Virus genome (UHGV): UHGV-1351772 | Strand: one strand, 5' to 3' | Length of the DNA: 64,000 nucleotides | Source of the DNA: a virus | Shown here: piece after piece, positions 8,787 to 18,644 of the stretch | Position numbering within the stretch: position 1 is the first letter of the stretch | Layout: each line of letters begins with the position of its first letter | Program-made: the position numbers and the translations under genes | Notes under the pieces: model-generated | What the model was told of the DNA's origin: nothing | The model's input: the letters and a program-made list of their open reading frames with translations, nothing else | Database searches by the model: none

Positions 8787-9601
8787 TAGAGCACTCCCAG
8801 TAATTCAGTCACCGTTTTCCGAGCGGCACCAGACGCACCCATATAGCGACCAACCTCAATACTGCGCCACTCAAAACCGTAATAAATTTCTCGGGTGAGT
8901 AGGGTGTCTGCATTTGACAGCACGACGCTGTTGCCACGTTCCACCTGCTGCTGTAGTAACTTGGCTAATTCCCGATGATCCGTTTGTGAGAATTCTTTAC
9001 GGTGGTATTGCGCATGTTTCGCGGTATCCGATAACGGAATATAAGGAGGATCAGCATAAATCACGGCATCCTCAGGTGTCCGCGCTAAGACAGAACGAAA
9101 GTCCTCACAAACAATTTCCAGATACTCAACTTCTGTGCAACGTTTAGCCCAATCCCGAATTTCTTCTAATGGATAATAAACGCCGTTCGGGTAACGTCCA
9201 AACGGAACATTGAACCCACCACTACTGTTATAGCGACACATCCCATTATAACCATGACGCATTAAGTATAAAAACATCGCGGCACGTTCAACCTCGGTCA
9301 TCGTTTTACCGCTATTAAACAGTTCACGACGTTCCATATACTTTACAGTGGCATTACCGTCTAAGAACAACGGTTGCGATGCAGCGATCAGTTCTTCAGG
9401 CTGTTCACGCGCAACACAAAGTAAGCGTATCAAATCGGGGTTAGAATCCGATAGAATATACCGGCTGTAATTCGTATTTAGGAAAACAGACCCTGCGCCC
9501 ACAAACGGTTCTACAAAGGTTGTACGTTTAGGTAAGACCTTCTGTAATTCACCCAAAACGCGTGTTTTCCCACCCATCCATTTAATTATCGGTTTCCGCA
9601 T
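8786..9601 (-). CDS. dam: DNA adenine methyltransferase (Dam family)
   Basis: N-terminus IIKWMGGK...FVEPFVGAGSV (AdoMet site) and DPPY catalytic motif, ~270 aa. Confidence 0.85.
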   Translation of the reverse strand: MRKPIIKWMGGKTRVLGELQKVLPKRTTFVEPFVGAGSVFLNTNYSRYILSDSNPDLIRLLCVAREQPEELIAASQPLFLDGNATVKYMERRELFNSGKTMTEVERAAMFLYLMRHGYNGMCRYNSSGGFNVPFGRYPNGVYYPLEEIRDWAKRCTEVEYLEIVCEDFRSVLARTPEDAVIYADPPYIPLSDTAKHAQYHRKEFSQTDHRELAKLLQQQVERGNSVVLSNADTLLTREIYYGFEWRSIEVGRYMGASGAARKTVTELLGVL

Positions 9602-10580
9602 TATATCCGCCTTGTAACGATGACACTTCGTCGACTAACACCAATTTGACATGATTTTTCTGACGCTCCCAACTGACGACGTTTTCGTCACGCACTAAAA
9701 CAAATTCGTATTCGTAGGGGCGAAATTTAAATAATTCGACGGCCAGGTGCCTGAATGCAGGGTTGTTATTGAAACACCCTATCTCTAATGGTGCCGCTGT
9801 TGTCGATGCAATTTGTAGGGCACGATACAACAAAGTCCGTCCGATACCACGACCCCGATGTGTCTCACTTACCGCAATGGCTTTTAATTCACATTCGTTA
9901 AGATTACGCAATTTAACTTGCACCGCGCCCACAATATCGTTGCCGTCCATCCAAACGTAAGTATGGTGGTTGACATGACGTACTAACTCCACCAACGTTT
10001 CGACTTGTGGCATGATTTGACGTGAGCGACTCACAGGGTCAGCGTTGATGTTTTCAACGACACTCGTACCCAAAAGCAACATAAGCTGTTCGCGTTGTGT
10101 GGCGGTTAACTCTTTATAAAAATCACCGGAGATGTTCTTCACGTTTGTTGGTAGAGCGATATCCAACAACGAGCGTGTACCTAAACGATACGTAGTGTGG
10201 GTGTGTCTAAATCCTAAGTCATTAAGCTCAGCGATTTCTTCTACACCACTGGCGATTCGATTAAGGTACGTAAAACCGGTATAGTCGAGTACCAGTAGCA
10301 GGTTCAGTTTGTTCAAACAACCCGGTACAATTTCATGCATGTACAAGCAGTGTAACGTTGGGTCGCCGTAAATGTGTTTTGTGATGATAAACCCTTGGAT
10401 TGTTTTTCCTTTTTGTAAAGAGAACGTATTCAGTTCACTATTGCACAACGCCTCACGAATCACCGCGCCGTTAGGGCCCGATAAACATGCCTGAAGTTGA
10501 GGGTTGCGAATATCTCTACGTGCTAACCGACCTACTGTTAAATCCGTGGCGGTATGTTTTATAATCTTCATAAAAGCCAT
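9582..10580 (-). CDS. GNAT-family acetyltransferase with ~170 aa N-terminal extension
   Basis: C-terminal half carries acetyl-CoA motif AIAVSETHRGRGIGRTLL; AAGGAG RBS 8 nt upstream of ATG 10580. Confidence 0.55.
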   Translation of the reverse strand: MAFMKIIKHTATDLTVGRLARRDIRNPQLQACLSGPNGAVIREALCNSELNTFSLQKGKTIQGFIITKHIYGDPTLHCLYMHEIVPGCLNKLNLLLVLDYTGFTYLNRIASGVEEIAELNDLGFRHTHTTYRLGTRSLLDIALPTNVKNISGDFYKELTATQREQLMLLLGTSVVENINADPVSRSRQIMPQVETLVELVRHVNHHTYVWMDGNDIVGAVQVKLRNLNECELKAIAVSETHRGRGIGRTLLYRALQIASTTAAPLEIGCFNNNPAFRHLAVELFKFRPYEYEFVLVRDENVVSWERQKNHVKLVLVDEVSSLQGGYNAETDN

Positions 10581-10644
10581 GTTAATTACTCCTTAAAAGG
10601 TCGTCTCAAAACAATACGCTAAAGTTGTAAAAACAAAAAAGAAA

Positions 10645-10662
10645 GGGGAACCGAAGTTCCCC
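10645..10662 (-). terminator. rho-independent terminator
   Basis: ggggaac cgaa gttcccc, preceded on plus by A-run. Confidence 0.6.
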
Positions 10663-10674
10663 AATTATTAAACA

Positions 10675-11346
10675 TCATGCAGAAGGGGCAGAGTTTGTAA
10701 AAGCAAGATTGGGTGTCAAGCCAGCTTTCCCTAATTTTTCATACAGGTAGTTGAAAAATCTGAGATGGGCATCGTAGTGGCCAGCCGCTACTCGCTGGCC
10801 GTAAACTTCTACCAAGTCAGGCGAAAACTTAATATGGCAGTTTTGTCTAGAGAACAAAGGTTGTTGCACCCCACCCTTAATTAAGATGCGATACTTTTTA
10901 CCGTCGTCTGTTACGGCGTGAAGAATATTTGTACTGAAATGGAAATAGATAGAAGGGTTAAAACACAACCAGGTGGCGGCATTGATTAGCAAGTCAGCTA
11001 ACTTAACAGCGATTTTGTCAAGTTCAGGCCCTTCAAACTTATGCATTAACCGCAGAAGAATTTCAGTAATAACCGTGCCTGTAAGTAATTTGTCTCTATT
11101 GAGACCAGGTGCAACCGCCAAAACATCACCATTATAAGTGCAGACAAGTGTGAATAAGTTGAAAGGCTGGTCTTGATAAAGTTCGAAAACCAGGTCAGTA
11201 TACGGGCTAAAAGTTAAGAATTTCACCCCGAGTATTTCATTAACGCAGGGTAAAAGCTCAACTTTCACAGGCGGTTGTGCTTCGTTAACTTTAGTCTCGT
11301 TCTTTACAGTTTCTTCAATTACGGTTTTACCAATTTTCGGTGGCAT
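10675..11346 (-). CDS. hypothetical protein
   Basis: ORF track. Confidence 0.45.
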   Translation of the reverse strand: MPPKIGKTVIEETVKNETKVNEAQPPVKVELLPCVNEILGVKFLTFSPYTDLVFELYQDQPFNLFTLVCTYNGDVLAVAPGLNRDKLLTGTVITEILLRLMHKFEGPELDKIAVKLADLLINAATWLCFNPSIYFHFSTNILHAVTDDGKKYRILIKGGVQQPLFSRQNCHIKFSPDLVEVYGQRVAAGHYDAHLRFFNYLYEKLGKAGLTPNLAFTNSAPSA

Positions 11347-11367
11347 GATAATACTCCTTCAGGTTGA

Positions 11368-11727
11368 TTAGTGCGTTGCGGTGTTAGTGATAAAACGCAC
11401 ATTCTTCGTGGTGCGTTTAATGGACGTGTTTGCAACGTAGTCCAACGCTGATTCTACGTGAACGGTTACTGAGCAACGACCCTTAACGGAATTAAAACTA
11501 ATCTGGTATTTCAGACGAATCGCATCAGCAACTTTCATCATAATCGGCAAACTTAAACGTTCTGAGTGATCGTTCTTAATAGACGAGATAACAGGTTGTG
11601 AAACTTTCGCAAGCTGGGCAAGTTCACGCTGAGTAATGTCTTTTGTGGTCAAATGACGAATTACGTAAGACAAGTGAAGACCGAATTTACGTTTTGCCAG
11701 AACGATGGAATTGTGATTGTAAGCCAT
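11368..11727 (-). CDS. helix-turn-helix DNA-binding protein (XRE-like)
   Basis: ITQRELAQLAKVSQPVISSI HTH-like segment; AAAGGAG RBS. Confidence 0.45.
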   Translation of the reverse strand: MAYNHNSIVLAKRKFGLHLSYVIRHLTTKDITQRELAQLAKVSQPVISSIKNDHSERLSLPIMMKVADAIRLKYQISFNSVKGRCSVTVHVESALDYVANTSIKRTTKNVRFITNTATH

Positions 11728-11776
11728 TGTAAATACTCCTTTAGGTTAACAAGTCGGTGTAAAGAGTTAATCATAA

Positions 11777-11803
11777 CTCTCACCTAAGTAAAATATATCT
11801 GAG
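11777..11803 (-). promoter_or_regulatory. conserved promoter-like motif, copy 2
   Basis: ctctcacctaagtaaaatatatctgag; upstream of HTH gene. Confidence 0.45.
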
Positions 11804-11818
11804 AAAAAATAAAATATA

Positions 11819-11840
11819 GGTACCACCGTTGGGTGGTACC
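11819..11840 (-). terminator. rho-independent terminator
   Basis: ggtaccacc/ggtggtacc stem, U-run on minus strand. Confidence 0.55.
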
Positions 11841-11847
11841 TAAGCGG

Positions 11848-12471
11848 TTAGTTTGCTAAAATGTGCGTAACAATCTCAGCGGCTTTCAAACGGTAATCGT
11901 CATTCTGCGTTACTGGTAATAATGCGTGAAGACAACCACCTTCTGTTAAGATGTGATGCGCGAAACGATAATGGTCGCGTAGGCCATCCCAACATTGATT
12001 GTCCATTAGATACTTAACCGTAAGTACCTCATCGTCCCAATTCTTACCTTGTTCTTCTACACGTTTCTTAAATCGCGCTAACGCTGTTGGGTAATCAACA
12101 TCAGTCCAAACATAAAGGTCGGGTGCGTGGAAATGACGAGTTAGCTTACGTTGGAAAACTACGTCCTTGCCATCTGTCCCCTGATAAACAATCGTTGAAG
12201 GGCAAAAACGATCGAAAATGACGACATCGTACTCGTCAACAACATGGTCTAACGTGTGAAGGAAGTCATCACACATTGCTTCAGCAATTTTTGTTTTCGA
12301 AGCAGACTGTACAACCAAGCTACGTGCACGAATACCCGCCTCGGTTTCAGACGTCGGATGGTTCCGAATACACACTTTTAATCCTGCGGACTCCAACATC
12401 GCTTTTACCATTTTACACAACGTTGATTTCCCAGAAAAATCAGGACCATCAATAGACACGGTCTTAAGCAT
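11848..12471 (-). CDS. thymidylate kinase / dNMP-kinase-like P-loop kinase
   Basis: Walker A GPDFSGKST at N-terminus, ~200 aa. Confidence 0.6.
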   Translation of the reverse strand: MLKTVSIDGPDFSGKSTLCKMVKAMLESAGLKVCIRNHPTSETEAGIRARSLVVQSASKTKIAEAMCDDFLHTLDHVVDEYDVVIFDRFCPSTIVYQGTDGKDVVFQRKLTRHFHAPDLYVWTDVDYPTALARFKKRVEEQGKNWDDEVLTVKYLMDNQCWDGLRDHYRFAHHILTEGGCLHALLPVTQNDDYRLKAAEIVTHILAN

Positions 12472-12502
12472 TATTGTTTTACCTTTACGCGCTTTTAGAT
12501 AA

Positions 12503-12525
12503 AAGGGGTGTAAAAAACACCCCTT
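12503..12525 (-). terminator. hairpin, probable terminator
   Basis: aaggggtg/cacccctt stem with A-rich loop. Confidence 0.4.
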
Positions 12526-12533
12526 AGTTTTAC

Positions 12534-13148
12534 TTACAATTCAAAATATGTGGAAATTAAGCTCTCAAGGTTACGTTCTTCGTACACTTCCTTACTCGTA
12601 GGGTAACCGACGGTATGGTATTTCGCTGTAAAAGAAATGGCCTTGTTTGCAACGACGTACCGGTCATCGATACTCACCTTTTCAGGATGCTTGAGGCTGA
12701 GCGTGACGGTACGTATATGGGTCACCTCAAAATCTTTGATGATAACGCGATCTCTGTGTCGTGAGATAGCAAAATTGCTACTGCCCGCCACGAACTCCTC
12801 ATAACCGCCGACCAATTTAAGAGCTGCTAAACATGCAGTATAAGCGGGATATTTATCAGCCAATAGTTGTTCTTTTGTTACAAAGAGTTTATAGTCTTCC
12901 TCATCGCGAAGGTATCTCAGCAATAATTGGGAACGGAATTTCGACAACAGTCTTTCGTACTGCGATTCCCAGAGTTTTCCATTTTCAGTGAAGAGATGAC
13001 CAACGGTATACTTTAATTTCTCACCTTCATAAATCAAAAGCGAATTTTTCGAGACAAAGCCCGCATTCTTTCTATTTTCGCCAATTTCATTTTCAGCAAC
13101 TTCAACTAAAGTGTAGTTGTTAGGGAGTTCAAAGCGCTTAATTTCCAT
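12534..13148 (-). CDS. hypothetical protein
   Basis: ORF track. Confidence 0.45.
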   Translation of the reverse strand: MEIKRFELPNNYTLVEVAENEIGENRKNAGFVSKNSLLIYEGEKLKYTVGHLFTENGKLWESQYERLLSKFRSQLLLRYLRDEEDYKLFVTKEQLLADKYPAYTACLAALKLVGGYEEFVAGSSNFAISRHRDRVIIKDFEVTHIRTVTLSLKHPEKVSIDDRYVVANKAISFTAKYHTVGYPTSKEVYEERNLESLISTYFEL

Positions 13149-13191
13149 AATTTATCTCTCTTTAAATTGGTGAGTTACCGACTCACTACGG

Positions 13192-13218
13192 TTGTCACAT
13201 TGATAATATCAATCTGTA
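13192..13218 (-). promoter_or_regulatory. promoter-like motif, divergent copy
   Basis: ttgtcacattgataatatcaatctgta; matches consensus at TCAC and TAATAT..ATCTG. Confidence 0.35.
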
Positions 13219-13248
13219 ATAAAATTTAGGGTAAAAAAAAGAAACCCG

Positions 13249-13268
13249 CCCCTACCGTTAAGTAGGGG
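13249..13268 (-). terminator. rho-independent terminator
   Basis: cccctac/gtagggg stem after A-run. Confidence 0.5.
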
Positions 13269-13275
13269 TAAGGTT

Positions 13276-13881
13276 TTATTGGTGATCAACAATCGGACCA
13301 CTCCACACTTCTGACGTTTGTGGTGCGGTGAGGTTAGCAGCCTGTGCAGACGTTACGCACAGCAAGACTAACCCTTGTTTAGCAAGATAGTGTTGCATTC
13401 TTGCTGCCTCCACGGAGGTGTCCACAATAACGAGCTCAGCGCCACGTAGAAGCGTTAGAGCCGCTTGTCCCTCCTGTGGCGTGGTTAAAGCATCACTGTC
13501 GTCCAGAATGCGTTTAAGGCGGTTATACGCCAACCCAGTTACATTACTCCGACCTGCACGAAGATCGACAACCATATTGTTGTATTCCCCCACCACTTGT
13601 TGCGTCGAATTGGGATAAAATCGAAACGCGGCACGGCGGCGTTTACGACGCACCTCAGAAATCGCGCGTTGTAAAACTAGTAAAACGTATTTCGGTGCCG
13701 CTTCGCTATTCGGACGACGCATCTTGGCTAAACGTGCAGCTAAATCCAAAATTTTCGTTAAGGGATAGCGATGTTTAAACCCGTCGCGTTCAATAGTAAC
13801 GCCACGCTTAGGCAACTTGCCCGTTTTGTTGATATACGATACTGTAATCAATAGTAATGAATCGAGAATCATCTCTGACAT
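13276..13881 (-). CDS. hypothetical protein
   Basis: ORF track. Confidence 0.45.
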   Translation of the reverse strand: MSEMILDSLLLITVSYINKTGKLPKRGVTIERDGFKHRYPLTKILDLAARLAKMRRPNSEAAPKYVLLVLQRAISEVRRKRRRAAFRFYPNSTQQVVGEYNNMVVDLRAGRSNVTGLAYNRLKRILDDSDALTTPQEGQAALTLLRGAELVIVDTSVEAARMQHYLAKQGLVLLCVTSAQAANLTAPQTSEVWSGPIVDHQ

Positions 13882-13895
13882 TACAAGGCCCTCTC

Positions 13896-14267
13896 TTAGA
13901 ACCCCTCAAGAACAGCTTTCACAAATTCATAAACTGTGCGTCGGTGTTCTTCAAGCGGATAAACAAACTTAGAATAATCGTTGTTCCAGACAACCGGATA
14001 GAGGTCGCCATCACAACTTAAATAGCTCTTACGAACCATGTAATAATCTAAACCTACACGGAAGTTTAACGACAGACTACCGTGTTTACTACAAACGTGT
14101 AGCTGGAGCGATTTCACACCGTCTTGAGTTGGTGATTCAATCGTTTCCGCATACAATACATCCGAACACTGTTCTATAGCGCTAACGACATCTCTGAGGT
14201 TGTTGTCTGCATCGATGGTCGCTTTTCGGAGAGCGTCGGTGTATTGCTGAAGTTCTCGATAGAACAT
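13896..14267 (-). CDS. hypothetical protein
   Basis: ORF track; start uncertain (overlaps 14174..14806). Confidence 0.35.
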   Translation of the reverse strand: MFYRELQQYTDALRKATIDADNNLRDVVSAIEQCSDVLYAETIESPTQDGVKSLQLHVCSKHGSLSLNFRVGLDYYMVRKSYLSCDGDLYPVVWNNDYSKFVYPLEEHRRTVYEFVKAVLEGF

Positions 14268-14806
14268 CCTGCTAATCTCCTGTCTCTACCGTATGGCAGA
14301 GGAAATGCTTTGTGTTCAAATTCTGCAACGACATACGCAGGATAGAACAAAAGGTATTTATAGAACGTAGACAACGTAACGTTTTTCTGGGTGGCTAAAA
14401 AGTAATTAAGATCGGGGTTGTCTGGAAAAGCAAAATGCAACCCTGTGTATACCTGACCTTTATACTCCCCATTAAAGGGTGTGACTGCACATCGTGGGTG
14501 TGTCGGCTCGACGTGTAACCAACGACTTCTTACGTGATAAACGCCACGGACTGTCGCGTTTCGTGTTTTACCCAAATAACGGCAACGGATATTCTTTTCC
14601 CACGCCGCACGTTGAGTGGGTGAACCCAGAGAAACAAACCGCGTTAAAGCTTCAGGTGTAAAGTAATCAAAAATGCCGGTCGGTAAACACCAACACGCTT
14701 TATCGATTCGTACCACTCTCCAACCAGGACGAAAACCCACAGCGTAACGCTCTACACCAAAAGTATATCTAGACCCGTCATGAAACGGTACTAATCTTGC
14801 AGCCAT
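14174..14806 (-). CDS. hypothetical protein
   Basis: ORF track. Confidence 0.4.
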   Translation of the reverse strand: MAARLVPFHDGSRYTFGVERYAVGFRPGWRVVRIDKACWCLPTGIFDYFTPEALTRFVSLGSPTQRAAWEKNIRCRYLGKTRNATVRGVYHVRSRWLHVEPTHPRCAVTPFNGEYKGQVYTGLHFAFPDNPDLNYFLATQKNVTLSTFYKYLLFYPAYVVAEFEHKAFPLPYGRDRRLAGCSIENFSNTPTLSEKRPSMQTTTSEMSLAL

Positions 14807-14807
14807 T

Positions 14808-15275
14808 TTAGATTTCCTTTATCATTTCCCTGCATTCGGTACGGAATCCCATTTTCTCATACAAGGAGATAGCTTTAACGTTGTTGTCTAACACATCCAG
14901 ACTCATCCAACCACAACCTTTGGACTTTCCGTATTCACGAACTTTGTCCATAAGCGCACGTCCTACCCCTTGAGAACGTGCTTCGGGAATCACATAGTAG
15001 TTCCCAATATAAACAAATGTGTCCTTCGAGCAAGAACCTATTGAGAACGTCATGAAACCCAGAAGTTGTTCGTTGTCATCCACGGCACACGCACAGAGAT
15101 AATCTTGGGGCCAAATCTCTTCTAAGTGTTCAATTGGGTTGAACGTGTCGCGACCGGTTAACTGACTAATACGCACTTTCTCTTCTGCGAACAACATGTT
15201 GTGCAGTTTGAGTACCTGGTCGCCGTATAACTTTCCGTATTTACTGTCGGGTTTGAGAATAATAGTGATACGCAT
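14808..15275 (-). CDS. GNAT-family acetyltransferase
   Basis: VIPEARSQGVGRALMDKV acetyl-CoA-binding motif, 155 aa. Confidence 0.6.
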   Translation of the reverse strand: MRITIILKPDSKYGKLYGDQVLKLHNMLFAEEKVRISQLTGRDTFNPIEHLEEIWPQDYLCACAVDDNEQLLGFMTFSIGSCSKDTFVYIGNYYVIPEARSQGVGRALMDKVREYGKSKGCGWMSLDVLDNNVKAISLYEKMGFRTECREMIKEI

Positions 15276-16408
15276 TATTTAACCTCAATCAGTGACAACC
15301 TGCACCACTCCAGTAACCCTTCCGCAACGCGCACTAACGAGGTAGTAAACGCATCTTCTAAACGCAGTGCGTTTTTATAACGTACGGTAGCGTCGCGTAA
15401 CTCCCGCCCTTCAAGCGACTTAAGTTCCTTACGCATACGCTGAATTTCGTCATAAATTCCTGTATACCCTACACTACGTCGTTTCGCACCACGCTGACGT
15501 AACGCTCGGATAATGTTTCTAACGGCGTCGAGTGCTGAACCGATTTCGTGCAAGTTCAGAGATTTGATTGTGTGGCCAAAATCACCATCGCGAGCAATCG
15601 CCCATTCAATCTTACCGCTGTCGTGTTCAACGACCACCACGTTACCTGGCCACGGATATGCTTTCACCGTTTTAAACGGATCGATAATACCAAACAACCC
15701 TGCGCTTCGTTTAATCGCCCAGTTCGTTGACCGACCCACTTTCTCCAAACCGCTCTCGGTAACTTTCTTGCTCTTACCGATTAACGTACGTGTTTTAACG
15801 GTATACTCGTTGACCATCGCATCCATTGCACTCAGGTTCTTACTGAACTCAATACATGCTTTTACGTTAGGCTTGTCTTCTAAACAAACTTTGGTTGTCC
15901 AACTTCCCGTGTCACAGTCAACCGGTTCTAAAGTGTCCTTGATACCGAGTAAACTTAAACGTGCTTCTAACTTCTGTAGCTTGCGCTCTAACGACGATGC
16001 TTTGGACGTCGCTTCTTTCAGTTCATTAATAACTTCTTTACCGGCGGCTTCCGCGAAGTCGATAAAACGTAAGGCCAATTGCTTAGAATGTTTACCTGCG
16101 AATTTTCCAGACGCTTTGGCTCCCGCCACTGCTGCTTTTCCAGCAACGCGTCCAACTCCCTTAACCGCTCTGCCGGTCGCACGCGCGACCGCTTTACCTA
16201 CCCCTGCGTAAGGCTCGGTGTCCGCAACAAATTGCGCGCGTTCCATCATCGCTGCAGACTCCAACGCAACGTGGACATCATCTAAAGCCCACCGTTTTCG
16301 GATAGCGACAACCGCCGGATAATTGTCTTTAACATTAAGCGATTCTAACTCGACCAAACGATCGTAGTCATCGCAAAGGACTTCTAAATCGGAATCTAAT
16401 GTTGACAT
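15275..16408 (-). CDS. hypothetical protein with Gly/Ala/Lys-rich repeat segment
   Basis: ORF track; GKAVARATGRAVKGVGRVAGKAAVAGAKASGK low-complexity region. Confidence 0.45.
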   Translation of the reverse strand: MSTLDSDLEVLCDDYDRLVELESLNVKDNYPAVVAIRKRWALDDVHVALESAAMMERAQFVADTEPYAGVGKAVARATGRAVKGVGRVAGKAAVAGAKASGKFAGKHSKQLALRFIDFAEAAGKEVINELKEATSKASSLERKLQKLEARLSLLGIKDTLEPVDCDTGSWTTKVCLEDKPNVKACIEFSKNLSAMDAMVNEYTVKTRTLIGKSKKVTESGLEKVGRSTNWAIKRSAGLFGIIDPFKTVKAYPWPGNVVVVEHDSGKIEWAIARDGDFGHTIKSLNLHEIGSALDAVRNIIRALRQRGAKRRSVGYTGIYDEIQRMRKELKSLEGRELRDATVRYKNALRLEDAFTTSLVRVAEGLLEWCRLSLIEVK

Positions 16409-16458
16409 CCTTTACCCCATTTTAAGCTAAAGCGGGGAGAAGCCCGCCCTGACTAACT

Positions 16459-17007
16459 TCATAATAAGCGTAGGTCTTCTAACCACTTAGATGCATCCGT
16501 AACATGATAATAACAAGGGATGTTCAGTGACTGTGCGTAGCGGACACCCATCGCCGTACCCCCTTTTGGATTTCCCTTTTTATCATGCTCAGCGTAATAA
16601 TAGACGGCGTCTACATGATCGTCCAAAGAATCACCGGATACAATATTTAAGTTTCGTCCATGCAACGCCCAAGCTATTTCCGATAGCTTATCAGGATTAG
16701 GGTGAAGCGATGCCACAATCCCACGATAACGGACGTCTTGTGGAATAACGCGAAAATCCACATTCGGATGTAACTTACGTAACCACAACTTACGTTCGTC
16801 AGGCAAATAGCAAATATGTGGACCTGGTTCAGTACGTGCTAACATAAACTGTAATTGGTCTGGTCCTTTGTAACAACCGCCTGACCGCGTTTCGATACTG
16901 TGCTGTTTATTACGAAGAATTTTGAACCCGCGTTGCAACACATCCAACATTTCATGCATCGTATCTTCGGGCGTTTCTCGAGAACCAATAATAGCAATTT
17001 TATACAT
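16459..17007 (-). CDS. SLOG/DprA-like Rossmann-fold protein (putative nucleotide-binding)
   Basis: N-terminal KIAIIGSRE and SGGCYKGPD resemble DprA/SLOG motifs; low certainty. Confidence 0.35.
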   Translation of the reverse strand: MYKIAIIGSRETPEDTMHEMLDVLQRGFKILRNKQHSIETRSGGCYKGPDQLQFMLARTEPGPHICYLPDERKLWLRKLHPNVDFRVIPQDVRYRGIVASLHPNPDKLSEIAWALHGRNLNIVSGDSLDDHVDAVYYYAEHDKKGNPKGGTAMGVRYAQSLNIPCYYHVTDASKWLEDLRLL

Positions 17008-17053
17008 TTGTCACCTCCATACTGAAGTTGTGAAGTGAAAAAAAAAGAAAGCA

Positions 17054-17080
17054 GGAGAGAACCTTTTCAGGGTTCTCTCC
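17054..17080 (-). terminator. rho-independent terminator
   Basis: ggagagaacc/ggttctctcc stem after 10 nt A-run. Confidence 0.6.
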
Positions 17081-17094
17081 TATCGGTGATGTTA

Positions 17095-17757
17095 TCACGC
17101 TTCTAAACCACTTAAAACGACGGTCTCGAGTAACGCTTTGCCCATCCAGACGTCCAACTCACCATCTAAGCCCCCTAAAGGACGTTTATTCAGTTCGTTG
17201 TTGTAATTAAGTCCGTCAAGGGTTTTATTCGTAATAATTTGCCCAATATGAAGCGGTAGAATAAATCGATTTCGTGCGCTATAAATAAACGAATCACATT
17301 CGTAAATTACCACATAGCGCTCGAGATCCTCATCATACTCAACGTGACACTGCGAGCCCGTGTCCCATGCACGCGACAAAACCATACCACGGTCTTGACA
17401 CATCTTCTCCACCGACACTTTCGCGGACTCTGCCCATTTATCGTAATTTTTAGGTTGGCCGTTTTCGAAATCGAACCAATCCAGATACTTACCGGGAATA
17501 TCAAGAAAGTCGTTCAATTGAAGTTTCGTGTAAGATATCATCACCGCGTCGTTAATATCATTGCGGTTAGTTAACTTTACTCGATACCGACCTTCCGGTG
17601 TGGGTGCGCCTATTAAAGAAACATCCACTTTCTCAGCCGAAAGCTTTTTACGTACACTGCCGCTATTACAGTAACTAACGAGGTTGAGTAAGTTCTGTCT
17701 ATGACCAACTTCAAAATCAATTACAAAAGACATACAAACTCCGCGGGGGTTAATCAC
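17095..17757 (-). CDS. hypothetical protein
   Basis: ORF track. Confidence 0.4.
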   Translation of the reverse strand: MINPRGVCMSFVIDFEVGHRQNLLNLVSYCNSGSVRKKLSAEKVDVSLIGAPTPEGRYRVKLTNRNDINDAVMISYTKLQLNDFLDIPGKYLDWFDFENGQPKNYDKWAESAKVSVEKMCQDRGMVLSRAWDTGSQCHVEYDEDLERYVVIYECDSFIYSARNRFILPLHIGQIITNKTLDGLNYNNELNKRPLGGLDGELDVWMGKALLETVVLSGLEA

Positions 17758-18149
17758 TAATACCCGTATAACGGGTACCGTGCGGTGATCTCATCACCAA
17801 CATAGAAAGTTAAACGTTGAACATTAATACTTTTATTTGCGTAGGGTACAGTTTCTAACGTTACCTTTACACTGGCAGAGCAACTACCCGGATCAACAAA
17901 CTGATATGTACGCCGTTTGATGTTTACCAAATAGTAGCCGCCTGCCGGGCACAATTCGGTTTTACCGTAATTTACCGTGGCGAACTCATCGTTTTGAACT
18001 GCAACAACTGGCTGGTCGGTAGATTTAAAAACGACGGGTTTATCGCCCGGCACTGTAGGTTCAAAACGACTAATATCGTGCGGTTTAAATTCCGCGAACG
18101 CGGAAAATGAAAGTAACGTTAGAAATAGGGTAATGACAGTTCGTTTCAT
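17757..18149 (-). CDS. secreted/periplasmic hypothetical protein
   Basis: N-terminal signal peptide MKRTVITLFLTLLSFSAFA. Confidence 0.45.
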   Translation of the reverse strand: MKRTVITLFLTLLSFSAFAEFKPHDISRFEPTVPGDKPVVFKSTDQPVVAVQNDEFATVNYGKTELCPAGGYYLVNIKRRTYQFVDPGSCSASVKVTLETVPYANKSINVQRLTFYVGDEITARYPLYGY

Positions 18150-18625
18150 CGGTCTACCTCATCAAGATGATCGCGTAGCCATGGCATCGACTCTAAGCGC
18201 GGAATCATATTCCGTGTGTTCGGCGAAAACCATAGCGCTTCACGATATTTCTTTTTGAAACGTTCCCAGTGATACGAGAAAGGTTTGGGTGTAAAACCGC
18301 GCTCTTTTAGCACCTCCTCCCAAACCAAGTCTTTAATAAAATCGTCCACTAAAATTAATACCAACACTTTCCATTTACTGCGTCGGTAGTGCCGTGTAAA
18401 AGATTTGCGGAGATCAGAAAAGTCCTCTCGACGACGAGAACGTACTGCTGGAGTTGCCTTCTCTTTAAATTGCGAACAAGGATTATGTTGTAGTATCGTT
18501 ACAGGAACTCCCCGAACACGGCCTGTACGTAAATCAACCTCGTGTGCGGGGATAACTTCAACGCAACGTAACACTTTTGCTTTATTGCCTTCCAAGCACC
18601 GCGTCTCATATTCGACACGAATCAT
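18146..18625 (-). CDS. hypothetical basic protein
   Basis: ORF track. Confidence 0.4.
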   Translation of the reverse strand: MIRVEYETRCLEGNKAKVLRCVEVIPAHEVDLRTGRVRGVPVTILQHNPCSQFKEKATPAVRSRRREDFSDLRKSFTRHYRRSKWKVLVLILVDDFIKDLVWEEVLKERGFTPKPFSYHWERFKKKYREALWFSPNTRNMIPRLESMPWLRDHLDEVDR

Positions 18626-18644
18626 TTTGGGCTCTCAACTGTTT

